64,000 nucleotides of DNA from Eledone cirrhosa (Eukaryota), in the NCBI GenBank assembly GCA_964016885.1, contig OZ024742.1, forward strand, positions 267,778,001 to 267,842,000, written 5' to 3'. Below the pieces are notes generated by a model. That model saw only the letters and a list, made by a program, of their open reading frames with translations. It was not told the origin of the DNA and searched no databases. The stretch's first letter is position 1. Every line of letters starts with the position of its first letter. Shown here piece by piece: positions 1-13,598 of the stretch. The position numbers were made by a program, and so were the translations under genes.

Positions 1-199
1 TGAATAGTTTTTAGGATTCCCCAGTTCAGCAGCGAGTAGGTTAAAGAAAATTGATAATTACAACAATAAAAGCTGAACAGAGAAAACATTTTTTTAACAA
101 ACTTTACAATAATTTGTACAACCATAATGGAAATTCCAAGTAACAGACAATACATAAATTGCATTGCTAGAGCCTCAGAGTATACAATATTTTTGTTCC

Positions 200-365
200 G
201 CCCCTGGGAGCAAAGATGAAAGGATTGTTTGGCGAGCTCACCCTAGAGCATACAATTGACCAATTTTAGAAGCATGGTTTTCGCAGATGACGGCCAGCCA
301 CTTTTAGGGTTTGACCCTGAGCCTCGTTGATGGTAATCGCGAAACTTATTCTCCCTGCTGTACTA
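200..365 (-). pseudogene. Helitron PIF1-like helicase C-terminal remnant
   Basis: The ORF 266..508(-) ends in ISFAITINEAQGQTLKVAGRHLRKPCF and is followed by a frameshifted GQLYALG. This resembles the Helitron helicase motif FAMTINKSQGQ...FSHGQLYVALSR. Confidence 0.75.
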
Positions 366-544
366 GTAACAATTTTTCTTCTGGAAAATCTGATCTTGCG
401 GCCAGGCTGGGACTTTTGGGTGGAATATCGGCAGTAACAATGACGATAAGCCGTCTGGGCTTTCGTGAAATAAATACGTTTGTTTATATTTTGTTTTTGT
501 GTATGCAAAAATATCTGTACACGAATATATAATTATATATATAT

Positions 545-800
545 ATATTAAAATAACAGATTAAAGTTTAAGCAAAGAATCGCTGCTTTCACTCTTAACG
601 AGATCTTCTGAAACTAAAAAAAATCAATCTGTGAACGCAGAAGTAAATGTTTCGAAAAACGTTGCAATCGAAGGAAAATAGGAAGACGATACTTTGGTTC
701 GTGAACACAGACATCTATTATAAGCTTGCGACGTTATAGCTATGTATATAATGCAGACAGCCAGACATACAGAGACATATTATAAGGGCGCGACGTTATA
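545..800 (-). mobile_element. PLE pseudo-LTR (family A) segment inside a Helitron-derived element
   Basis: Near-identical to 54045-54200 and 56800-56965. It continues into the 'gcgcccttataatatctgtctgtat' segment shared with 13800-13860, 29140-29190 and 46700-46745. Confidence 0.75.
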
Positions 801-1068
801 GCTATGTATATATATCTAAAAAGACAGATTAAGAAAGAGAGGGGAATGTCGTATAACCGGAAGTGTTGACATTTGAACATTTTAAAGAAGTGAATATTTA
901 AATAAACAATAAAATATTTTTGAACGAAATTTAGAAGACAAAAATACCTCACTTTTATACTTGGAAAAATTTACATCTATGGTGCAAATTTGGTGATGTT
1001 TGGCGAAGTCGTTTGGCGAAAAGTTTGTTACATATATACGGCCGTCACCTTTACAATATAGATATATA

Positions 1069-1149
1069 TCCCTACCATAGTTTAATTCGTGGAAGATGCA
1101 ACTATTCGAAAAGAACAATATTTGAAGAATTCACGAATTCATCAGGGAA
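1069..1149 (-). ncRNA. Type I hammerhead ribozyme, G12 mutated (probably inactive)
   Basis: Minus strand reads TTCC CTGATGA ATTCGTG...CACGAAT TAA ACTATGGT A GGGA: stem I, a perfect 7-bp stem II and a quasi-palindromic stem III. Confidence 0.7.
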
Positions 1150-1200
1150 ACATTATTCACTTTAAAGAAACCATATTTATCATGAAATTCTACATACCAG

Positions 1201-1310
1201 TTGCCGATCCAGCATGCTTCACAAAAAACATGTGTAATATTAAGAGACTTCTATTCATGTAACGTTTCAATTACACAACGAGTTTTTGTACAGCATGCTG
1301 GATTGGCAAA
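1201..1310. repeat. Imperfect inverted repeat / small hairpin element
   Basis: ttgccgatccagcatgct...acaaaaa...tgtgtaat pairs with attacaca...tttttgt...agcatgctggattggcaa. Confidence 0.7.
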
Positions 1311-1329
1311 TGGATTATTTTTTTCATAT

Positions 1330-2192
1330 AATCTATCTGATGGAAAAATGTGTGCAGTTTTTAAGGCTCCATACAAGCTTTACGAGCTGGGTGGCATGAA
1401 TTTTTTCAGGATGTCTGAAGGTTGTTTCATGGTTCAGGCAATGACTTTTAAACCGGCTCTCAGACATTCCAACATAACTTCAGGCTTCAGCTTGGTGGTT
1501 CTGGTTGTTGGAGGTCGCATCTGATTGATATATCAGTGATGGAGCGGTGCACTGTTAGTCTAGTGGGACGTCTATGGCCTTCTGCATGATCATCCATACA
1601 GTGCAGGGCTTTTGCGCTTATTGATGATTGGTTTTAATGTTATTGGGATAGGAGACACCTATTTTCACTGTACTTCGATTGAATATCTGTCGGTATTTAT
1701 AGCCAACAGGGAAGTGGTGATCTAGGGACTCTACAAATTACAAATTTTAAGTGCGAAAGGAGGTGCGAACCATATAACGTCTTTATGTCTCGGGATTTTC
1801 CTTCTAGATGTAAGTGATTCGTTTGGAGAAACCGCTGCTAATTAGTGCTGGGTTGTAGCAGGGTGCTGGCTATCAAAGATAACTCTGCTAGAAGAGTATT
1901 TGGATACCCTCTTACTAATTTTATTGATAAGATTTTTAAAAAACTACAGGGGTGTCTACAGTCCCTATGAATGTTCATATGTTTCTCACTGGGTATGTGT
2001 AATAGTCTGTATGTGCGTGCCCGTAGGTCTAACTTAAGGTCTAGGAAGTTAGCATTGGTGAGCTTGGTGGATATCGTAATTTTAAATCCTAGGCTATGGA
2101 AGGCAGTGACAGGTTTTTAATAAATATGTCGAGATCATGGTCGTTTTTATTGCTTCATAATGCCAGACCGTCATCACTATATAGGTCCTTAT
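1330..2192 (-). pseudogene. Degenerate PLE RT C-terminus plus GIY-YIG endonuclease
   Basis: Minus-strand LYSDDGLAL (YRDD-like) at ~2160-2190 and YVGMSESRFKSHCLNHETTFRHPEKIHATQLVKLVWSLK at ~1360-1480. A HHR lies downstream at 1069-1149. Confidence 0.75.
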
Positions 2193-2229
2193 GGAAGTCA
2201 TTGAATTTATAGGCACATTTTACATTGTA

Positions 2230-4640
2230 ACTACAACGGATTACTACGACGAGGCCCTGAAAAGAAGTGGGTATATCGACAGGGTAACATATATACCTAG
2301 TAACACCAGACCAAATCCCTCCACGGTGCATCCTACGGATTACATGACCACACGTACTACAAGTAATGTCGATAGTGATAAACGAACCCACCATATAAAG
2401 CTCAGCAAAAAAAGGAACGGATAATAACACCCTCCACCCGCACAACAAAAACAACAACAATACAGTAGATAGAACTCACACTATGTTTAACACATCAACA
2501 CATGCACCTAACACCACACCCCCCACACACTTGAAAAACACTGGGAACCCACAAACCCACTAACAATGATAAAACAACTAAAAATAATAATCATCTAACC
2601 GCTTGTTACAACAATAACAACAAAACTAACAACCCACGAACGCTAAAAGACAAACCGCGGCACACCAACACTAACAAGGAAGATGACAAGATCCAAACAA
2701 CATATAACACACCTTACGACTCCAGAATAAATCGAAAACCCAAACGTAGAGCGTTCTGGTATAATCCTCCATATTGCCCCCTAAGAAAGGGCCGTTTACC
2801 CACCAATTTCTTTTCAATCTTAAGGAAAATCTTCCAGCCCACACATATACCACCAGATATTGAACTCCTATACGTTTAATCTATCAAACACTACCATACC
2901 TAACCTACAAAAGAGAACAAATGCGTCTAACATATCAACATTACAGTACAGCTTAGAACAAACCAATACCCCAACTACTAGTGCGGATATTCCAAATAAT
3001 TAACCTAACCCATCAAACCCAGGAAGCATCAACACTAGTACTAACACCGACACCAACACGAAGAGGGTAATTATAGGGCATCACAACCTAATATATAACA
3101 CCCCATAATACGCCATACAGTGCCCCAAATAGAGACGTTAATAATGGCAATATTTGCACAAACAATATTAACAATAGGAACAACCCGATATGGACCGGCG
3201 ACCACAGGAAATAACAAATAATAATATAAACAAAATAATTGTTTCTACTTTTAGTACAAAGCCAGCAATTAACCAGTGTATTACTGGTACTTTATTTTAT
3301 CGACCCAATAAGGCTGAAAGGCAAAGTTAACCTCGGCGGGATTTGAATTCAGAATGGCAAGGGCCGTAACTCTATGCGTCAAAGCATGGCGTCCGACCCT
3401 CTACCGATACTGCCAATCCACCGTCCAAATAATATGAACAAAATAATGATATGAACAAAATAATGATAGAAACAAAAAATAAAAATAAATAAATCGCAGA
3501 AGGTTATACATATCTTTTAACCAACCATTTAGTTTAAGCACATCTACTAACATACCTAAGCTCTTCTCTATAATAGGTGAACACCTCCAACCTAGGTATA
3601 GATACCATAAACTAACAAAAATACGATAAATCTAATTCTCAAACACACATCATATAGTCGCACAATGGGCTTTTAGTAACAATAAGTGATTTAAAAAACA
3701 CACACTAAACCGAATAATAACACAGCAATTGAATACATCAAACCAAAACAGACAAAATATCCTTTCAAATGATAATATCAATCATCCACTACCTGGTACT
3801 ATGAATAACTCTCAAATTACATCTATGTCTATTAATAATATTAGTACTGATATCAGCATAATTATTACCCTAGGATCTACAATCCTTTATACTAACTCTA
3901 TAATTAATCCAAATTGTAACTGTTGAAATAAAACATTATACCCACTTTCCCGTAATTGATTGACTGATAATATTTTGTATGTTTGAACATTTAACACCTC
4001 TCAACAGTCTAAACTTTACATAGGAGCGACCTCAAGTAGATTCAAAACATTTAATTCCCATATCCACTCTATTAGATAACCTAAATTTAAAATGCGTCGC
4101 CATTAACTAGTTATATAAAGGAATTAAACAAAAATAAGAACATACCTTATACATTTCATTGGGAATATTAAGTCAATCTTTGGCTTATAAACTTAACAAT
4201 TGAATATGTAGATTATGCATCCTTGAATCTCATTCAATTATTAAATCTAAAGCTAACCTTTTAAATAAGAAATCAGATTTTTTTTTCCACTTGCCCCATA
4301 AAAACCTATAAAGGTTTAACTATTATAAACCCAACAATGTCAGTTAATTACATTATATTTCAACTAGTGCTTAATCATATACTAAATCCTTAACAATGTA
4401 ATCATCTACCAATAGTCTTTAATATTTATATAGATTATATGATACATTTGTTTAATTAATATACTGTCTTATCGTTTTTACCTTAATGATAATAAATACT
4501 TAAATATAATTCCTGAGGATGCTTCATTCTATTCCTTGCCACAATGTTGATAATTTTATAGGATAAATATATATTAGATAGACATTTAACATAAAAGCAT
4601 ATACATTTATTTATGTCTATATGCTTCAACCAGTTAATCA
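2230..4640 (+). pseudogene. Degenerate Neptune-like PLE 3' half with a SINE insertion
   Basis: Motifs YYDEALKRSGY, FWYNPPY, CNC, YIGATSSRFK and ICRLC parallel the intact ORFs at 36704-37924 and 54869-55966. There are many stops, and a HHR-like remnant at ~4512-4632. Confidence 0.75.
3235..3424 (-). mobile_element. tRNA-derived SINE (octopus-type family)
   Basis: Head ggattggcagtatcggtagagggtcggacg and body tctgaattcaaatcccgccgaggttaactttgcctttca...ggtcgataaaataaagtaccag. At least 8 related copies are in the window. Confidence 0.85.
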
Positions 4641-4915
4641 TGAGTTACGTTCATTGTAATATATCTTTAGTCTCTCACATTTATATATAGTTTATGATAC
4701 ATTATTAACTATATATATTAATTTATTTAATATAATAGATTATCTTATCTCATCTGACCTCCTTTATGTTTGACCTTAATAACTTATATTTCATTAAAAT
4801 GCATTAATATTCTTAGATAACTCACATAACTCATTGCCACATATACGATAAATATTCTTTAGATAAGTGTATATGTGTAACATATGTTAATTCAAATATA
4901 TGTACTTAACAATAA

Positions 4916-5794
4916 TCTATATATATAAAGCTGTGGTTGTCTGTCTGTCTATCGATTTTTGGCACACATCTCCTCTTAGAATCTCTGACGGAATTGCACC
5001 GAAATTGCTATACTTGTACATTGAGCCCTAGCGAGGACATCGGAAAAAAATATTTCAATTGACCCACCCTATGTGACGAAATCGAATCTAATGTATCGAT
5101 TTTTGAGCGTAAGTGACGAGTTATTTCCCTTTGTTCTATATATATAAAGCTGTGGTTGTCTGTCTGTCTATCGATTTTTGGCACACATCTCCTCTTAGAA
5201 TCTCTGACGGAATTGCACCGAAATTGCTATACTTGTACATTGAGCCCTAGTGAAGACATCGGAAAAAGAATATTTCAAATTGACCCACCCTATGTGACGA
5301 AATCGAATCTAATGTATCGATTTTTGAGCGTAAGTTACGAGTTATTTCCCTTTGTTCTGTTTACATTGAGCGTCTTACGTTCTGTTTACATTTTCTGCGT
5401 GCAAAAATTAAAAAAATTACGCTGGCTTTCTCAGCGTTTAAAATGACATTAACACAATACACGAACAGTTGTCGAGCCAGCAAAATTTTGACCTGCTAAA
5501 TTCATCAGTTCGAACACTAAGCTTCCGTTTTGCTTCATTTCCATTTAAAAACCTTTTAAAACAATATTTTTACTTGAAAACAAGTTTATTTAAAGACTAC
5601 GTAAAACAAGCAAATATTTCGTTAAAAAAAGCAAAAATTATATAAGTTTATTTAAAATATATGTATCTGTAAATTTCGTTAGGCGTGCAGACAGACAGTC
5701 GTGCAGAAAGACTTTAAGCCAAAAAAGACACTTAACATTGTAACTTTAACACAGCTACTAAGCGACCCCGAGCAACGCCGGGCTTTACTGCTAG
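4916..5794 (+). mobile_element. Non-autonomous Helitron with a tandemly duplicated 5' end
   Basis: 5' TC(TATATATATAAA), 3' hairpin cccgagcaacgccggg then CTAG, inserted at A|T. The segment 4916-5134 duplicates 5135-5354. Confidence 0.85.
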
Positions 5795-6433
5795 TGTTTC
5801 GATAATGCAAAATTAAAAGTTTACTTTGTTACTTAAACACCAATATAACCCCTAAAATTACCTCCCTGGTTCACCTCCACAATAATATTCTGAATTACGT
5901 AAACATTTAATTATTTATATTCATCTATTCTTTTTACTTCTAGTTAAATATTATTCATTATTTAATCATTAGTATAGTCGTTATAATATCTCTGTAACAA
6001 TTTAAACATTGAAATATATTCTCTTCGTATATTTCATGCTTCTTGATATAATTTTATGTCTGCAGTAAATATCTTTCAAATTTATCCCTGTTAAATTCGA
6101 AGGATGATTTTTGTAAATAATGATTATTGTTTTGATAAAACTGTATAACTTCTAATTCGTTATTGGAAAGTTATTAGTCTTTCAAATAACGTTTAAGTAA
6201 TTTAATACAATTGATACCACGTTAGTTGACCTATGACTTAATTAGAATGATCTTTATTGATATTTTATTAACCGCATTGGATTTGAAATTAAGCTCTGAG
6301 CATTCATAGAGTTTACGCTCATAGCACATTGTTAAATAAAATAATTTTCTGTCTATGTTATATTCCTAACTTTTAATTTTGGTTTACAAGCAGATTGTAA
6401 CTATGTACGATTGTAACTATGTACGATTGTAAG

Positions 6434-6599
6434 ATTGATCCTAACATAGTATTGAGCTAAATTACATCTAGTAAATGAGTACAATTTATTCTCATAATTA
6501 TTACTATTAATATATATATATATATGCAAATGTATATAACCTGAGGGAGAGAGAGAGAGAGAGAGAGGGAGAGAGGGAGAGAGGGAGATATATATAGAT

Positions 6600-6676
<77 letters not shown>

Positions 6677-9120
6677 AAAAAAAGTAATGCAGACTGAGAA
6701 TAAGTATATATATACGTCGTTTACATTTACGCTATATATATATCTTTTCCTGAGTCCAATTTTTTTCGTTGCTATGGCAATGCAGCTGGACTGCCGATCG
6801 CTATATTTGATTTGAAACGCTGTCTAAACGTATTCTTATTACTCTGGGGTATTATTCTCCATCGAGAGGAAAAGCTGCATTCCGAATTTCCATTCGCTAG
6901 CTTAGCCGCAGCCTAAAATTCGTTAATGCTGTACTAAAATTTGTATTTTAACTCCTAGAATTAACGATTAACTGATTAATTTAATTAGACAATTTTATTG
7001 ATGGATTAATTGTTTATGTTTGTTTGATAACTTCTGGTTGAGTGCTTAATTGGGTTTGTCTAAGGCAATTTCATTCCTTTGTCTCAAATTTCGAATTCAC
7101 CGCCAAAACGGGGGGGTTACCCCCCTTGGAGAAAACCACGTGTCTATAGCGAAATTTTCTGCTAGAACACACCCGCTGAGGCTATAGAACGCAAGACTTG
7201 TTGACGAAGTAAATCCTTTGTTCTGTCGTCAAAGGCCATTAACTTGCAGACCCCTGCAATCGGAATTAGTCGAACTCGGATTTTACTAGCGTGGATCTTG
7301 TATGTTATATGTGATGCATATCGTATGCTATACGATATACATTATGTATTGCATTCGGTCTCCGCGTGATGTTCCAGGTCAGTCAAAAATATTTTCCTGA
7401 GTCCAATCTCTTTCGTTGCTATGGCAATGCGGCTGAACTGCCGATCGCTATATTTGATTTACAAAGCTATCTGAATGTATTGTTATTACTCTGGGGTATT
7501 ATTCTCCATCGAGTGCTAAAGCTACATTCCGAATTTGCATTCGTTAGCTTAGCCGCAGCCTAAAGCTTCGTTAATGCTGTACTAAAATTTGTATATATTT
7601 GATTTATTGATTTATTGATTTTTTATCTGAGTGTCCCGAATCTTCCAGATCGCAACTTTTCGATCGTACGGTTGATTATAGACTTGTTCTATGTGTGACG
7701 GTATTTTAACGATAGTTATAGCTCTGATTTATCTAAATTATGGAGCCCTCTGCCGCTCATATCGAATTTTGTTTATCGTGAACTCGTGCGCCGATTTTTC
7801 GATACTCGATTATTCTACTATATTTAGCTCTAGACATAGTTATTGACCAGTTAATTTTATTGTTCATTTTTTGTCGATTCTATTAAATGATGAATAGCTC
7901 CTGTTTATTTTAACATGTCTATTGAGCACTCTTATTCGATATGTGTATTTCCACATTTTCCAGAATATTTTTCGCGGATATAGAGGTTATCTCCCTTGCC
8001 GAATTCCATGTGCGTATTTAGCTTGGGTTATGCCTTTTCATTCGTTTGGACAAAGCTCGTTGAAGAAGTAAATTTCCTGTCCCCTGGTATCTAGAAGTCT
8101 TATATATTTTTATGTGAGCTGATAGAGAACAGTTTAAGGATTTACAGAAACCCAAGAAGCTAGATTTAACATCTTTCTAGCGGGTCCGGGTATGCTTTTT
8201 ACATTCATTTGATTTATTGATTTATTGATTTTTTATCTGAGTGTCCCGAATCTTCCAGATCGCAACTTTCCGATCGTACGGTTGATTATAGACTTGTTCT
8301 ATGTGTGACGGTATTTTAACGATAGTTATAGCTCTGATTTATCTAAATTATGGGGCCCTCTGCCGCTCATATCGAATTTTGTTTATCGTGAAATCGTGCG
8401 CCGATTTTTCGATACTCGATTATTCTACTGTATTTAGCTCTAGACCTAGCTATTGACCAGTTAATTTTATTGTTCATTTTTTGTCGATTCTATTAAATGA
8501 TGAATAGCTCCTGTTTATTTTAACATGTCTATTGAGCACTCTTATTCGATATGTGTATTTCCACATTTTCCCGAATATTTTTCGCGGATATAGAGGTTAT
8601 CTCCCTTGCCGAATTCCATGTGAGTATTTAGCTTGGGTTATGCCTTTTCATTCGTTTGGACAAAGCTCGTTGAAGAAGTAAATTTCCTGTCCCCTGGTAT
8701 CTAGAAGTCTTATATATTTTTATGTGAGCTGATAGAGAACAGTTTAAGGATTTACAGAAACCCAAGAAGCTAGATTTAACATCTTTCTAGCGGGTCCGGG
8801 TATGCTTTTTACATTCATTTGATTTATTGATTTATTGATTTTTTATCTGAGTGTCCCGAATCTTCCAGATCGCAACTTTTCGTTTCGTACGGTTGATTAT
8901 AGACTTGTTCTATGTGTGACGGTATTTTAACGATAGTTATAGCTCTGATTTATCTAAATTATGGAGCCCTCTGCCGCTCATATCGAATTTTGTTTATCGT
9001 GAACTCGTGCGCCGATTTTTCGATACTCGATTATTCTACTATATATATATATATAGCGTAAATGTAAACGACGTTTATATATACTTATTCTCAGTGTGCA
9101 TTACTTTTCTTTATTTCTCC

Positions 9121-9207
<87 letters not shown>

Positions 9208-9292
9208 AGGTTACATACATTTGCATATATATATATTAATAGTAATAATTATGAGAATAAATTGTACTCATTTACTAGATGAAATTTAGGAT

Positions 9293-9296
<4 letters not shown>
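6434..9296. mobile_element. Fold-back element: long TIRs enclosing ~610-650 bp tandem repeats
   Basis: 6434-6743 is the reverse complement of 9045-9296, including the internal microsatellite. Internal direct repeats are 6745-6945 / 7393-7593, with 610-bp units at 7597, 8207 and 8817. Confidence 0.8.
7597..9040 (+). repeat. 610-bp tandem repeat, about 2.4 units
   Basis: atttgatttattgatttattgatt... recurs at 7597, 8207 and 8817 with near-identical units. Confidence 0.95.
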
Positions 9297-9386
<90 letters not shown>

Positions 9387-9679
9387 GTGTGTGTGCGCCT
9401 ATATTCGTTAGTCAATAATAATAATATGATAATAATAACATAATATTATTAATATTCGTTTTTTTTTGCCATCAAAGAGCCTCATAAAACGCCACGTGGT
9501 AGATGGCAACGGCATATCATTGTTCCAGCAGAAGCGGAGAGAAAACAATCGACAGTTGTTTCGGGGTTATTGCTCCTTATCGAGATTGTGTATTCTCAAA
9601 TGTAGGCAAACCCAGGTATCAATATTCAGTTCTATGAAGAAATTTTCCGTCGAGCACTGATTTAAATTGAAGAACACTT

Positions 9680-10480
9680 TTGGCTATAGAAGGCAAGTAT
9701 TTTGCAAGAGTTTGTTTGCGGACTGGCAAAAACAATCCGTCAAATTGTGGTTTAACTTCAATTGAGTTTGCAAGAGAGATAAATAATGACGTCACAAAGT
9801 TGGCTGCATTAGTGATTGAACATGAGCATAAACGTATTCCAGAACAACGCTATGCATATTATGAAATCATTTCATCAGTCAGATGAATTTTCTTTCTTGA
9901 TGCTCCAGGTGACACAGGTAAAAGATGTGTAACAACATTACTTCCCTCCAAGGTAAGGCAACAAAAATAATTGTTTTTGATGTAGCATCGCCTGGCATTG
10001 CTGCCACCCTTCTCCCAGGAGCACGAACAGCTCAATCTGCCTTTAAATTATAGCTTAACGTGGTTCTAAATGACAGTCCAATTTGTAAAAGAAGCAACGG
10101 CTCAGGTTCAGAAAAAGTGTTGCGCCAAGGCCATCTGATAATTTGGGATGAAGGCACCATTTCACATAGAGGAGCAATGGAAGCTCTTGTTAAGGCCTTG
10201 TGGGACATAAGAGGCAACAATATATCTATAGGAGAAGACACATTTGTTTTAACAGGAGACGTCAGATAGACATTACCTGTCATTCCGAGAGGAACAATAG
10301 ATGATGAAATAAAAGCATGCATTAAGTATTCGCAGATATGGAATAAAGTAGATAATTTATTCTTCAATACTAACATGCGAGCTTTATTACACTGTGGTCA
10401 ATATACAGAACTGTTTCAATTCGACTACTACAATTAGGGAAAAGGGACAATACCAATTGAATGCAATGGTCATATCAAAG
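9680..10480 (+). pseudogene. Helitron RepHel helicase (PIF1) remnant
   Basis: FFLDAPGDTGK (Walker A), VASPGIAATLLPGARTAQSAFKL, LIIWDE and VLTGDVR*TLPVIPRG, with stops. Confidence 0.9.
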
Positions 10481-10829
10481 AGAGCTAAGTTGTGGTAATC
10501 TGTGTTGCTAGAAATGACAGCGAAATAAAACCTTAGCTTCTACAGCACACACAGATTGAGTTGTATCTATTTATGTATTACTCCTTCTTTCATTTTGTAT
10601 TCCTATCTATCTATCAACGTTGTAGTAACTTTTTTTTGCTAGATATGACAATAAAATAAAATCCGAGCTACTGCAACACACCCACACACATATTGATTTG
10701 TAACTATCTATCTATTACTCTTTCTGTCTCTCTGTATTCCTATCTATCGCCAAGAACAGAAAACATTCTCCAAAGGAGAATCAAATGGATTAGTCTAGTA
10801 TATAATATATAAAAGAGAGTTGACAAAGT

Positions 10830-11330
10830 AAAGAAATCAGAGACTGTAACTGGGAAGTCATTGCTAATCGACTTGGAGAACACGGCGTTTAATGGAAAAC
10901 TGGAATTTGAACAATCTACGTGTGGAGCATGAACATCTAAAGAGGGGTCTGGGTAAGGGTGAAAAAGATATTATTTTTCCTGGATTTTCAGCTGCTTAAA
11001 ATTAACTTGTGTGGAAAGAGTGTGGTCGGGTTTGTCACAGAAAAGAAATGTGAAAAGAGATGCCGTGTATAAAATGCCGCTTATTGTCTCTTTGGCAATT
11101 CATCCTGTTAGGAGTTTGGGAAACAATATGCTTCTATTGACGGAATACGAAAATTCACCAAAACAAAACAGAGAATCAACATTGGTGTAACAGTCTTCAC
11201 TGCAACACATGCAGAAATGAGTGTAGGTAGTCACCAGGTTTAAAGAGTCAATTTCCTGTCATCAATGTGCGAGAAAATAATTAACTAAGGGCAATTCTCG
11301 AAATCGAGATGCAGCCTTCATATATGTATG
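10830..11330 (+). mobile_element. Degenerate RTE-type LINE 3' end
   Basis: Decayed C2H2-like coding. The tail 'ggcaattctcgaaatcgagatgcagcc' followed by (ATGT)n is shared with 11850-11885 and 15525-15556. Confidence 0.45.
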
Positions 11331-11340
11331 TATATATGTT

Positions 11341-11886
11341 AAGTCACTCTCTAGTGCTACTGATAACATGTAACCCAGTATAACCTGTTCATGACCGGGT
11401 CGTCAGTAACTAAATCGGCACCCCATCAAGCTTGCTTGGTAAGGGGGATGAATTTTGACACTCTGCGAGATGAAAAGCAAAACCCATTGAAGTGCGGAAG
11501 AGCGCGGGAGACTCAACGGCCCTCCAGTTAAGTTGTTTTTCTGTGGAGCGAGGGACCCCTAGTCTTGATTTAGACATCACTCTAAGAGAGGTTTACTCTG
11601 ATTTAAAACCTGCGACTTCGTTTGCAGCCAATGATGTGGACAAGTTCTTCTTTATGTGCAAATCAATTTGATGTTCACATAGTGGGATTGGCCCTGTGCA
11701 AAGCCTTTCCTCACTTAAAAAAGATTCAAGCACATGCATCGCTTGATATGTGACATTTTGTGCGATGAATGGCATGGCTGGACATAGGCAAGTCCATAAC
11801 AGGGCTAAAAAGCCAAATCCGTCATGCTCATGTTTAAGTATCAAGCGATGGCATTTCTCGAAATCAGGTTGCAACCGCCATCAAAT
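11341..11886 (+). mobile_element. Non-autonomous RTE-derived element in (ATGT)n
   Basis: Homologous to 14951-15558 and 58275-58550. It ends in the shared tail and (ATGT)n. Confidence 0.7.
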
Positions 11887-11961
11887 ATGTATGTATGTAT
11901 GAATGTATCTATGCATGCATGTATGTATGTATGTATGTATGTATGTATGTATGTATGTATG

Positions 11962-11993
<32 letters not shown>

Positions 11994-12004
11994 AGTTCGT
12001 ATAA

Positions 12005-12170
12005 TTGAAACCGTTGGTGTGTTACTGTTCAGTATGAGTATATTTGCTTTCAGCATAGAGGTATGGCCCTCTACGTTCCGAGATCAAATCTCGCCGAGGT
12101 CAACCTTGCCTTTCATCTCCACGGAGTCGACAAAGCAAAGCACCAGTAATGCGCTGGGACAATCGCTAGC
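12005..12170 (+). mobile_element. Diverged SINE copy
   Basis: tcaaatctcgccgaggtcaaccttgcctttcatc...gtcgacaaagcaaagcaccagtaatg matches the SINE body. Confidence 0.75.
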
Positions 12171-12224
12171 CCCGTGACAAAAGCAGAAAAAAAATTATTA
12201 TTATAGTTGTTGTTTTCATCTGCA

Positions 12225-13400
12225 TACAAGAGGTCTCATAAGAGACCTCTTGTATGCAGATGATTGCGATCTTGTAGCGCACAGAGAGAGTGATATGTAG
12301 CACAATTTGAATGCATTTTCTGATGCTTGCACTGCCCTAGGATTGACTGTCAGTCTCAAGAAAACCGTCGTCATGTACCTACCTGCCCATGGTAAGCAGT
12401 ACAGTGAGCCAAATATCTATGTGTATGATAAACGACTTAGAGTGGTTGATCAGTTTGTCTACCTGGGAAGCAATGTCAATAGATACAGCAACCTTGATAA
12501 TGAAATTCCACTTAGTGTTAGGAAAGCAAGTGATGCTTTCGGAAAGGTAGAAAGGCGACTCTGTGGTCGGTGAGACATATGCAAGAAGTCAAAGGTAAAG
12601 GTGTACAAGGCATGTGTGCTCTCTTCTCTTATTTATGCCTGCGAGACCTGGGTCACATATCGAGAACACCTTAAACAATTGGAGCGTTTCCATGGCGTTC
12701 ACTGGAGGGACCACATCAGTGATGTCGAGCTTTTGGAAAGCTCCTTATGACAGCATAGAAGCTCTTGTGCTTAAGCAAAGACTTCGTTGGAGTGGTCACC
12801 TTGCCAGGATGAAGGATTCTAGAATACCAAAACAAGTCTTTTATGGAGAGTTAGTCAAAGGAAAACGTTCTCCACATAAACTCAAAAAGAGGTATAAGGA
12901 TTCGTTGAAAGCTTCTTGAAAAGACGCTAACATCTCTGCTGATATATAGGAAAATGTTGCTGCTGATCGTAATAAATGGAGAAAGACACAATATATGAGG
13001 GGAAAATTGCCTTTGAGGCATCTCTAATTGCATACGAGAAAGTAAAGCGGGATGTGAGGAAGGGCATTACTGTTGCATTTCCAGACAGTGAAGGTCCTCC
13101 TCCTATGGCGCTGACATGCAGCGTTTATGCGAGACTCTGCATAAGCAATGCTGGACTTGAAATTCATCTCCGCAGTCATAGAGTGAGAACAGTGGTGACT
13201 ACCAGGCTGCTGTTGGAGATGCTACTCATTATGCTTGCCAAGCATGTGGTAGAGAATGTAAATCAGCAGGAGGGCTCAAACGACATGCAAAATACATGAA
13301 CTCCAACCACAGACGGTTATTTCCAGTTAATGTTTTGGGTGCTAAATCTGTGCAAGACTTTTTAGATAATTGGCTGGGCTAAAAAGTCACATTCGATTGC
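12225..13400 (+). pseudogene. RTE (BovB-like) LINE RT C-terminus with C2H2 fingers
   Basis: LIRDLLYADDCDL, FVYLGS, LRWSGHLARMKDSRIPKQVFYGEL and CSVYARLCISNAGLEIHLRSH, with frameshifts and stops. Confidence 0.9.
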
Positions 13401-13455
13401 AGTACTTTTAATTGTTATCGTGTGTGTGTGTCTGTATGTGTATATTAATATATAG

Positions 13456-13598
<143 letters not shown>

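Noticed and set aside
3905-3965. In-frame TGA at a Cys-equivalent position of the PLE linker (selenoprotein-type PLE?)
   Set aside because: The copy has many other stops and frameshifts, intact relatives have Cys codons, and no SECIS was recognised.
8117-8192. CTGATAGA...GAAACCC...GGGTC in the 610-bp repeat as a hammerhead
   Set aside because: Stem III and GUC fit, but the core has an extra base and stems I and II do not pair.
7597-9040. CRISPR-like or prokaryotic repeat array
   Set aside because: The units are 610-bp near-identical repeats with no spacers, there are no cas genes, and the context is eukaryotic.
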